From assembly GCA_000092065.1 (NCBI GenBank), contig CP000593.1: 64,000 nucleotides of DNA, one strand, 5' to 3'. The notes beneath the pieces are model-generated. The model saw only the letters and a list, made by a program, of their open reading frames with translations. It did no database searches and was not told the DNA's origin. Source of the stretch: Ostreococcus lucimarinus (Eukaryota). Below are positions 21,026 through 30,673 of the stretch, in pieces; position 1 is the stretch's first letter; each line of letters starts with the position of its first letter. Position numbers and translations under genes: made by a program.

Positions 21026-24000
21026 TCAGGATAAATCGAAGCCGCTGCCGGACTTGACGGCGTACATTAATTTTTCGCGCAACGCGTCGTCGGAAGAATA
21101 CGGCGGTAGTTTCAGAAGGTTCATGCACGTCGCGGCGGTGGGAAGCCTGGTCAAGTCCGCGGTCGCGTCGGGGGCGTCCGTGCCCGCGGTACCGCTTCGA
21201 TGCACGCACAGTTTGGGTTCGAGATGCGAAAACCCGAGCAGTGGTGTGTTGCTGCACGAGGTGATGAATTTGAGCACCAAACGTTGGTCGTCTGGGGAAA
21301 TCGTACGCATGACGCGCCACAACGCGCGAATCGTCGGATGCGACGCCTCGTAGCCGCCAGAGTATTCGCAGTTTGCCGCCATGTCATCGATGTCCATGCT
21401 TCCCGTGCGATTACCTGATATGAGTAATCGCAGTTCGGCGGGGGTGAACATGTCGAGCCAACGCTTGCGAACGGCGATGCTAAAGCCCGCCTTCATGCTC
21501 GAAAGTTGGCGGTAGATTTGCGCTCGAAGCAAATAAATCGACATGCAATGAAGGTACCGCGGGACGTTAGCCCTCGTCACCGGTACGCTCGAGCCATTCG
21601 GGATGAGCTCGATCACAGTTTCTTCCATGCCACTTCGATCGATGGCGGTAAAGTACAGACATAAATCCTCGACGTCGCCTTGGTAGCGTTTGAGCGAAAC
21701 CAAGTTGCGATAAAGCTCGGGATCGAGCGTCGTCAGGTCGTTAAACTCGACGTGTCGACCTTTCAGCGAGGCGAGGAAGAAATCAGCGAGTGGAACGTCG
21801 AGAAGAATCCCATCGTAGCACGCTTTGCCGAGGATGGCGCCGAGAAAGTAAAAGTACTGCAAGTGTCGCTCGCCCGCGTGCAACTCAGACGCTGGATTCG
21901 GGTAGAGCGTGCGCTCGGGCGTCTCGACGAACAAGCCGAATTTCGGATCGAACGCTTCCGCAATTAAATCGTTCAAGAAATCTTTGAATAAACCGCCGCC
22001 GTCGACGCCAGCCTCTTCGAGCCCTTGCTGATTGATGAACTGCACGCGAATGATTCCGCCGAGCGTCTCTGTGAGCTTATCCGAAAGACCGGCGATGCCG
22101 TCTTCGAGCAAGTGCCCGCGTCTTACGCGAATCGTGGCGTAACCAACGGCGCCCATTTGACGCTCGCGACGACGGACGTCCATGAATTTGTGCACGCGCA
22201 CTTCGAACGGTACCAAACACGGTGCACCGCACAAAAGCATCGACGCGCGCGATTTTGCATCGCGGGCCTCTTGCAAAAGCGTTGGGATGTCCACTTGGGC
22301 GTCGCGCACTTGAAACTCGAGCGGGTTCATAAATTGATGACGCCCGTTGCGATCGTGCAGGCGCGCGAGCGCTATAGAACACGCGTGCCATGTCTCCGCC
22401 TCGAAATATTCGTCGATGAAAGACAGCGCGTTTAAAGGTGTGCCATCCGGACCCCGTTCAACCCACAGCAACGTCCAGAGCGTGTCTCTTAAAAATGCGA
22501 CGAGACGCGTCGTCGCCTCGAGACCGAGCGGTTTTCCCAGACGATAAAATTCTTCATCGTCGGAAATAGCGGTGTAGGTGTTGTACAACTTTGCGAAAAC
22601 GCCCAAGGCTCTGCGGAACGAGCGTTCTTGCCCACCTCCGGAAGTTTGCCTCCAATGCTCGAGGGCGGGCCAAAGTTGAGCGATGCAATCCGTGCCAAAC
22701 GTGAGCACGCGCGTGAACGACGCTCGCTCGGCGCCTCTGAGCACCATGTCGCACGCGCACGCGAAATGCGTGAACCCTTCGATGCCTACTAAGCATCGCT
22801 GCGCGTCGTTCGCAGGCATGATCGTTGTGACGAGTCGCGCGACACACGCGTTGTCGCCGAAGAATTCGCGCGTTTGCATCCACGTCCTCGTGGCTCGCAC
22901 CGCCTCCATGTCCACGTCAGGGGGCACGCGTCGAATTTTACGCGCCTCCGCGCGCACGGCGCGAAGATTGAGTAAGTCAATCTTGACGCTATCGTCGTCG
23001 TCGTCGTCGTCGTCCGCACCGCCCTCGTCATCGTCTTCGTCCTCCATCGCGTTCGGCGTTGTGGCAAAGAGCGCGCCGCTCAAAACAGACGACTCCATGA
23101 GTTTTGTCACCGCGACGACGACATTCTGTGACTGCGAAAAGTCCATCGTACCTATGAACGTTTTCGTGAGTTGCAACACGTTCCCGAGCGCGGCGTCGAC
23201 GCCGCTCAGCGGCGTCTCGAGTGCGACGGTAGCCACCGAGTCGACGTGACGATCAGACTTGAACGCGTCGACGACGAACGACCACAAATCTCTCGAATGA
23301 ATCTCCGGCCCGAACGTGTCCCACACCCCGGGTATCGTCGCGAGCATCGACGCGAGCGCACCACTCGCGTCGTCACCGCTACACCGCGCGATGTTTTCGC
23401 ACGTCCTAAGCATCGCCGCCCGAACGACGTCGTCGCGGCGACTTTGATTTCTCAAAATATCGAGCAAAATCTCTCGCACATCTTCCAAACCATCGTTCGA
23501 GCACAGAGTCGCGCACAATTGAACGCCAGTATCTTTCCATCTCGCGTCATCTCTCGCCATGAGCGCCAACAAAGCGCTCGCTAAGTGCGTCTCCGCGACG
23601 TCGCGTCCAGTCGTCTCCTCCAAGCGCGTCGTCGCTCGAAGCGACCCCACGATCAACCGCACCATCTTCCGCATCCTAATCACCCATCGCGCGCGCTCCA
23701 CGCCCGACGCCCGCATCGCGTCGTCCCATCTCTCCACGAACGCCTCGCTCGGCGCCACGCTCGTCGTCGTCGTCGCCGCCGCGTACAACCGTTCACACGC
23801 CGCCGCGCACGCCGCCCAATCTCTCCATCCATCACCAAAATACACCAAAGCCCTGCACGACGCGTCATCAACCATCACACCTTCGCTCGCGTTCGCGTAC
23901 GCTTCCCTCACCGCCGCTTTCGCGCGTCTAACCTCCCGCGCGCCTCGTCGAAACCGCTGCGCCGTCGCCGTCGCCGTCGCCGTCGCCCTCTGCGCCGCCC

Positions 24001-24124
24001 TCCGCTCCCGCGCCTCGCGCGCGCTCTCGATCAGCGCCCGCTGCGTCGACGGTTCATCCTTTCGCCGTCCTCCGAGCGAGATGTGTCGCTTTTTCGTCGT
24101 CGATCCGTCGAACACCGGCGCCAT
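21026..24124 (-). CDS. HECT-type E3 ubiquitin ligase, UBE3B/UBE3C-like (1032 aa)
   Basis: N-terminus [24 protein letters not shown] parallels UBE3B MFSFEGDFKTRPKVSLGGASRKEE. C-terminal HECT lobe with [39 protein letters not shown] parallels UBE3B [39 protein letters not shown]. It contains a coding (AT)n dipeptide repeat, (GCCGTC)6, at about 23961-23995. Confidence 0.9.
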   Translation of the reverse strand: [1032 protein letters not shown]

Positions 24125-24347
24125 TCGTTCGCGAGTTTACCAAACTGTGTCAATCGAGATTCACAATCGCCGACCGCGCGCGACGCGCCGCGCGCCGCGC
24201 GACGTCGGCGCGTCCGCGCGACGCGCACCGACGCGTCGACGCGCGTCGACGCGCGATTCGCGCGCGATTCGTGCGCGCGCGCGCGAATGCCGGCGGAATG
24301 ACGCGACGCAATCGTCACTCGCCGACGCATCGGCCGCGCGCGCCGCC

Positions 24348-27300
24348 ATGGCGTCGCGCGCGACGACGCGCGACGTCGACGACGGCGGCGTGTTATTCCC
24401 GCGGTGCGTTACGCCGACGCGCTCTCGCGCGCGCGCGCGTCGACGCGCGACGACGACGCGATGATGACGCGACGAGGGCGCGCCGACTGACGCGACGAAT
24501 CGACGAAACGACGCGCGCAGAGTGACGCATCAGCGCATCGACGTCGACGTGAGGCGCACGAAACGCGCGCTTCGCGGCAGGACGACGCTGACGTGCGCGG
24601 GCGCGGACGGCGCGTTCGCGGGCGCGCGGGTTCGCGCCGAGGGGTTGAAGATCGCGTCGTGCGCGATAAACGGTGCGAGACGCGCGAGGCGAAGCGACGA
24701 CGACGACGACGACGACGAGCGATTCGAACGATGCAAACGATGCGATGCGACGCGATGCGACGCCGCGACGAGAGGAGGCGCGAGCGGGGAGACTGACGGG
24801 TGATGGATGGAATTCGACGCGCGCCAGGCGTGGAGTGTCGAGCGACGAAGACGAAGACGAGTAAACCGACGATCGGGACGAAGACGGCGCCGAGCGATGC
24901 GTTGAGCCTGGCGAAAGACGTGCGGACGTATTTGGAGTCTGAGAGTAACTTGGACGGAGAGGAACACTCGAGGGAGGTGGTGATCGCGCCGGTGAGCGGG
25001 GAGAAGATTGAGGCTCGAGCGCGAGGCGCGGCGAACGGGGAGTCGACGTCGGCGACTACGGAGAAGGAAATCGTGATTGAGATCGAGTACGAAACGGACG
25101 AAAGCGCGATGGGAATCGCGGCGGATGAATCGTACTTTTTGTGCCCGGGGGCGTCGAGGCGGCCGGCGTGTTGGTTTCCGTGCGTCGAGCGAGGGGACGT
25201 GCTGACGACGTTTGATTTCTCGGTGAGCGCGCCGAGGGATTTGCAAGTCATCACGTCCGCGCATTGGGATCGCGTCGAGCGGTGCAACGACATCGATGAA
25301 GACGAAGACGGCTTTAGGCTGCGACATCACTTCACGGGGATGTATCCGACGTTTGCGCACGAAATGCGATTGATTTGTGGCAGGTTCAAGGCGGTGTCGA
25401 GCCCGATCAAAGGCGTGACTTTGTTCGCTCCCAAAGACGGCGATTACGCCGAGCGCTTGGAGATCGCGGCCGCGGGTGTGAGTAAGGCTATCGTGGCGTA
25501 CGAGGAATATCTCGGGCATCCGTACCCTATTTCGTGCTTGAATATCGTCTTCATGCCGGACGAGTACGTGGGAGCGCGCGATAGCTTGGGCGCGTGCATG
25601 AACATTCACTCGGCTAAATGGTTGATAGACCCGACGCTCAACACGGCTTTGCTCGATGCGCGCGTGCATATCGCCACCGCCATCGCGCGACAGTGGTTCG
25701 GGGGCGTCGTCGTCCCGGCGGATACCACGGACTGTTGGGTCGTGGAAGGACTGGCGCAGTATCTCGCCGGCGCGTATGTGAAAAAGTTGACGGGATTGAA
25801 CGAACTGTCGTTCAGGCGCATGCGCGACATGCAATTGACGGCGCGGATGGACGACGGTGAATCACTCCCCCCTCTCGCCAGTCGTGCGGCGCGCATTTGG
25901 CGCGCCGGACAGTACGCCGGCCCCGACCTTGCCGCCGGCGGGACGCCGAAGCCACTCTCGGCGAGCGTCGAGCGCGGGTTGCAAGCCAAGGCGGTGACGA
26001 TCATTTACATGCTCGAGAAACGCCTCGGGCCGGATGTCATGCAGAAGGTGTTGAAATATTTCGCAGGATTGCATGTTCGTAGAAATAAGAAGGAGGGCGG
26101 GACGCGCGCTGGTCCCTCCGCGGAGGTGCTGTCGAGCAACGCGCGTTGGATTCACACGCTGCAACTCTTCGATCACTGCCGCGCGACGGTCAACTTGGGC
26201 AAAGGTGAGGTGAACTCCTTCTTAGAACGCTGGGTGTATGGCGCGGGCACGCCGAAGCTGTGCGTTGGATACGTTGTGAAACGTAGGAAAAACGTCATGG
26301 AGTTTGCGGTCAAACTCGAAGGGAGCGTCGCGGCGGCGGCGGCCGACAGAGCGGCACTCGCCGTCGCCAGAAACCATCGCACTTCGGTCACCGTGCGCAT
26401 GCGCGAAGAGAACCGCCCGGATGCGAACGATCACGTCGTATCGCTAGGACATTCTGCTTGGCAGTTGATGGAGATTCCTCTGCAACCGAAAATCAAAGAT
26501 CGTCGCCCGAAGACAATCATCGAATCTGGAGGTGACCCCGAACTCATCGCCGCGATGGATTGTCCGGTACGATACGTCCGCGTGGACCCGGAATTCGAGT
26601 GGATGGGCAACATAGAACAAAGTGCGAAGCAGGTCGGGTTAGAGTCGATGATGGCGCAGATGCTGGAGAAAGAAAAAGACATCGTCGCGCAAACCATCGC
26701 CGTGGAATTTCTCGGTCGCCGCGTCGCCAACGGATCCGTGAGCGCAGTTCTCGTGCTGGATAAGTGTCTGAACTCTGAGGATACCTTCTGTCGCGTGCGC
26801 GCCGAAGCAGCGCTAGCGCTCGGCAAAAGTGCGAGCGAGAAAACGCAATGGGGCGGATTGAACGCGTTGATTCGGCATTACAAAAAGTTTCAGTGCGACG
26901 CCAACACGGGAAAGCCGAAACAAAACGACTTTAGAGACCTCGCGAAAGTCATCGTTGACGAAGCCGTCATCACGGCGCTTGGTTACGTCATGGATAACGG
27001 AATCACCCATCAGGATGCGCTCGAGGCTATCGTTGCCCGACTAAAGTATAACGACAACGAGGGCAATCCGCAGAGTGATGACGGATTCGTGGCGACGTGC
27101 ATCGCCGCGCTCGGCCGCTGCGTTCCCGCGGATGGCAAGCAACTGCAAACCGTCATGCAGACGATTCATTACTACATTCGGCGTGATGACAGATTTCCAA
27201 GCGACGACCTTTGCGTGACGTGCGCTGGAATCAGAGCGTTAGGCTTACTCGCTTCGACGATCGACTCGAAAGAGCTCCGCGCCGACGCCGAACACGTCGC

Positions 27301-28141
27301 CAAACTTGGATTCGCGCTCGGTAGACAATCCACCGTGCTCGCTTCCGCGGACACGATGATGTACCTTCGCTTCGTCGAAACTAAGAGCGAGATCGAAGCG
27401 CTCAAGTACATGCTTGAACGATCGGCGCAAGAGTCTGCGGCGACAAAGGCTGCCATGTTGTGGAGCGCGTGCGAGTACTTGCAATCCGTCGCCGGGGCGG
27501 ATTCTTTGAAGGGCGTCTCGAAGCCGATATTGGCCGACCTCCGTGATCTCGTGCTAAAGGGCGGAAGCGAAATTGCGAGCGCGGCGTTTTCGATCCTCGC
27601 CACGCTCGCTTCGCAAGATGAGAGCCTGAGTGAGATTCGAGAATCCATCGCCGAGGCGATTCGGCGCGCGGGCGATCAAGTCCCAGTCGGCGTCGATGTC
27701 CACGCCGCGCACGCCGCGCCAACGGCTGAGGATGAAGTCAAGCGCGCGGAGAAGGAAGCTAAGCGTGCTCGGAAGCGAGAACGCGAGCGCTTGCGACAAG
27801 CCGCGCGCGCCGAGGTAGACTTGAAAAACGCTGAACAGCGTAGAATCGACGCCGAGGCGGCGTTTGTCGAACAGCAAGCGGAACACGTACAAGACGACAA
27901 GACGACCGTCTCCGAGCGCACGGCGACGATGATGGGATCAGAAGGCGACGCCACGCCTCAAGGTGGTACTCCGGTGGGTGGCCTGAAGCGCGCGAGAGAT
28001 CAGAATCCGAGCGTCACGCAGTTTGCCGTGGAGCCTGCGGCGCCCGTCGCGACGGAGGACGCCGCGCCCGCCGCGACGGAGGACGCCGCGCCCGCGAAGA
28101 AGCTCAAACTTTCGTTCAAAATTAAAAAACCCACGACGTAG
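24348..28141 (+). CDS. TAF2: Transcription initiation factor TFIID subunit 2 (TAF2), three exons: 24348..24403, 24521..24672 and 24828..28141 (about 1173 aa)
   Basis: Main exon: FLCPGASRRPACWFPCVERGDVLTTFDFSV matches human TAF2 [32 protein letters not shown]. Aminopeptidase-N-like region (WVVEGLAQYLAGAYVKK), HEAT-like body and K/E-rich tail. Upstream exons: MASRATTRDVDDGGVLFP-R-VTHQRIDVDVRRTKRALRGRTTLTC... parallels human [32 protein letters not shown]. Exons are joined by two GT-AG introns of the introner-like family. Phases are consistent (56 nt + 152 nt + 3314 nt). The upstream exon model is less certain than the main exon. Confidence 0.75.
24404..24520 (+). other. Spliceosomal intron 1 of TAF2 (117 nt), introner-like family member
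   Basis: Donor GTGCGTTACG. The intron contains tandem in-frame stops (tgatga), so the two exons cannot be one ORF. Branch CCGACTGACGCGACGAATCGACGAAACGACG. Acceptor GCGCGCAG. Confidence 0.6.
24673..24827 (+). other. Spliceosomal intron 2 of TAF2 (155 nt), introner-like family member
   Basis: Donor GTGCGAGACG. Internal gattcgaacgatgc (compare the AP-2 alpha intron cattcgatcgaacga). Branch GAGACTGACGGGTG. Acceptor GCGCCAG. Same length (155 nt) as the AP-2 alpha intron. Confidence 0.6.
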
Positions 28142-28194
28142 GTAGACTATGAATACACACGATGCTACATTAGCGCACAACTCGAACGAACGCG

Positions 28195-28914
28195 TCATTG
28201 AATCTTCGACTGATCCTTCCACAGGCTCGGCAAGCGCGACCAGCACGCGTTGATCGGATCCGGAATCACCCGCAACCTCGCCGGCCGCGTCGCGTACAGC
28301 GCGATCGCGCACATCATCACATCCGCCCTCACGAACGCGCTCACTCCACTCAGCGCCATCGCCGCGTACATCGTCGCCGCGCTCACCGTCCTCGACCGCC
28401 ACTCCGCCACGCTCGCCGCCCGTTCCGCCGCCTTCGCCGCGCGTTCCATCAACACCGTCGCGTCTTTCGCCGTGAACTCCATCACCGGCGCCGTCTCTTC
28501 CGTCTCATTCTCGCCGCCGCCCTCGCCGCGCATCAGCGCTCGCCGCAGATCCGCGCGTCGTTTTCCGTCTCGCGTCGCCAGCGCGCACGCCGCCGCCAGC
28601 GCCGCGCACGCCGCGTTCGGCCGCGCGATCGCCGCCACCATCGCCGCTCGCACCGCGATCGCCGCGACGACGCCGCCGCGTCCATCGAGCGCGTCTCTGA
28701 CGAACGCGATCGCGCGTCGGAACGGGCCGAGCGCGACGCAGATCTCGCGCGCGCCGGCGTCGACGTGCTCGAGGGTGAAGATCGCGCGCTCGGCGGGGAG
28801 CACGACGTCGACGGTGACGCCGGGCGCGGGTTTCGGCGCGGACGCGCGCGCGGGGACGGCGGCGCGCGACGGCGCGGACGCGGTCGCGGTCGACGCGGAC
28901 CGCGCGGACGACAT
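28195..28914 (-). CDS. Hypothetical protein (239 aa), Ala-rich, with a hydrophobic C-terminal region
   Basis: True ATG at 28914 (MSSARSASTATAS...). Non-Arg-run composition. The motif VTVDVVLPAERAIFTLEHVDAGAREICVAL was not assigned to a family. Confidence 0.35.
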   Translation of the reverse strand: MSSARSASTATASAPSRAAVPARASAPKPAPGVTVDVVLPAERAIFTLEHVDAGAREICVALGPFRRAIAFVRDALDGRGGVVAAIAVRAAMVAAIARPNAACAALAAACALATRDGKRRADLRRALMRGEGGGENETEETAPVMEFTAKDATVLMERAAKAAERAASVAEWRSRTVSAATMYAAMALSGVSAFVRADVMMCAIALYATRPARLRVIPDPINACWSRLPSLWKDQSKIQ

Positions 28915-29197
28915 GCGCGACGGTGTGACGCGGCGCTCGACATTTTTGTGAATTTTTGTGAATTTTTGCGAATCCGGGCGCTCGAGCGCGCGTGCGCGCG
29001 CGAAAACGCGGAACGAGGCTGAAAATCGATGGTCGACGATACGATGGTGCTTTCGTAAGACTACAGCGCGCGCGCGCGATTCACGCCATGCCTACCACCG
29101 TCACCAGCGGGCGCGTCTCGACGTCGTCGTCTCCGTACCGGCTCGTACCGGCTGGTACCGGATTGCCGCGCCGTAACCAGCCGACGCTCGGGACGCG

Positions 29198-30565
29198 CTA
29201 GCAAGAGACGAGCGGGGCGCTCCAGTGCTCGTCGTACTTGGCCTTGGCGAATTCGTAGACGCTGATGTCGTGCTCGACGAGCGCGCGCAATCCCGCGACG
29301 ATGGTGGGGTCGGCTTTGTACGCGTCGAGACGCGCGGCGAGCGCGGGGGCGAGCTTTTCGGCGCTGCCGTTGTGATGCTCGAGAAGAGCGCCGCTGATGT
29401 ACTGCTTGTTCCCGCCGTCGTCGCCGAGATGCGCGAGGTCCGGTAGCTTTTCTCGAATGCGCTTCATACCGTTTTCGATGTCGTCTTGGAAAATGTAGCG
29501 CACGCACGACGAGGCCAAATTCGCCTTGGCGGCTTCGGCGCCGCAGGGCGTGTGACCGCCGCGCGCGCCGAGTAAGCCCGTGAGCTGCGCCGCCGTGCTG
29601 CGCTTCTGGTTGTACCACTCCAAGGGATTCAATGGGCATCCCTGGTGATTGTCCGCTGCGATCTCTTCCGCAGTCCACGACAAGTGGCCCTCGTTCGCCT
29701 CGAGACACAAATACGTGTACTCGCTCCACAGGCGAGACATCGGCTCGCGAAGGACCGTGATGTACGCGCACGGCGCGTCGACCGTTCCGCACATCCCGAT
29801 GCCCGTCGCACCGGTGAAGTACATCCGTCTGCCTTCGTCGTAGTCGGCGTGCATAAATTCCTTTGAAAACGTACCCGATTTCGACTCGCGGTTTTGTTTA
29901 AACGTCCTCAACATCGTCGGAACGTGCCGCGCCTGCAACGAATTCAACGGCCTCCACGGATTCACGAGAAAGTCCGGGTGCGCGGGCTCGTGAAGCACGA
30001 CCGTCTCGTGGTTCTTATTCTGCTTCAACATCTCGATGAAAACCGACCCCGCGGCTTTGGGAATGTGCACGAAGATCCACGCGTACGCCGAACCCGGCTT
30101 CGTCGCGAACGGTTTCGCCACCCCATCCTGCGGCACCACGACCGGCGCGCCCGTCGGTTCGTTCATGCACTCGTACACCTTCGTCTCGAACTCGACGTTA
30201 TCGCCCGCGTCCGCCGCGTCCCACAATCCGAGCTCATCCATGTATCGCGCCGCGCACGTGTTCGCCGCCGCGTTCGCCCCCGCGCCCGTCGGCGACAACG
30301 CGCACGTCCCTCCCGCCCCTTCGCCGAGCGCCGACGCCCGCGCGGCGTCCGCGGAGCGTCCCACGATCGCGCCCATCGCGAGCAGCGTGGTTCCCGCGAA
30401 GAACAGCGCGCTCGCGACGCGCATGTTGAACACGACGTGTCGCCCAACACCCTCGGCGCTCGAGCCCGCGACGGCGCGCGACGCGGCGCGCGAGGACGAG
30501 GACGCGCGACGCGACGCGCGCTCGACGTCATCGACGTCCGGTATCAGGGAATCGCGCTCGCTCAT
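29198..30565 (-). CDS. Golgi-type carbohydrate sulfotransferase (type II membrane protein; Sulfotransfer_2/HS6ST-like) (455 aa)
   Basis: ATG at 30565. Cytoplasmic tail, then TM anchor VASALFFAGTTLLAMGAIVG, then a luminal domain with the 5'-PSB motif WIFVHIPKAAGSVFIEML (compare HS6ST IFVHIPKTGGTTF). Confidence 0.6.
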   Translation of the reverse strand: MSERDSLIPDVDDVERASRRASSSSRAASRAVAGSSAEGVGRHVVFNMRVASALFFAGTTLLAMGAIVGRSADAARASALGEGAGGTCALSPTGAGANAAANTCAARYMDELGLWDAADAGDNVEFETKVYECMNEPTGAPVVVPQDGVAKPFATKPGSAYAWIFVHIPKAAGSVFIEMLKQNKNHETVVLHEPAHPDFLVNPWRPLNSLQARHVPTMLRTFKQNRESKSGTFSKEFMHADYDEGRRMYFTGATGIGMCGTVDAPCAYITVLREPMSRLWSEYTYLCLEANEGHLSWTAEEIAADNHQGCPLNPLEWYNQKRSTAAQLTGLLGARGGHTPCGAEAAKANLASSCVRYIFQDDIENGMKRIREKLPDLAHLGDDGGNKQYISGALLEHHNGSAEKLAPALAARLDAYKADPTIVAGLRALVEHDISVYEFAKAKYDEHWSAPLVSC

Positions 30566-30673
30566 GACGACGCGCGCGGACGAGTGGCGACGGTGGACGC
30601 GAACGCGATCGGTCGCCTCGGCGCGAGCGGCGGCGGCGAAGACGCGAAGACGCGAAGACGAAATGTTGTACGA

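Noticed and set aside
22981-23040. (GTC)n/(GAC)n trinucleotide runs here and at 24700-24720 and 35640-35670
   Set aside because: These lie inside coding sequence and encode poly-Asp or acidic tracts of otherwise well-conserved proteins (UBE3B-like, METTL21-like). They are coding microsatellites, not independent elements.
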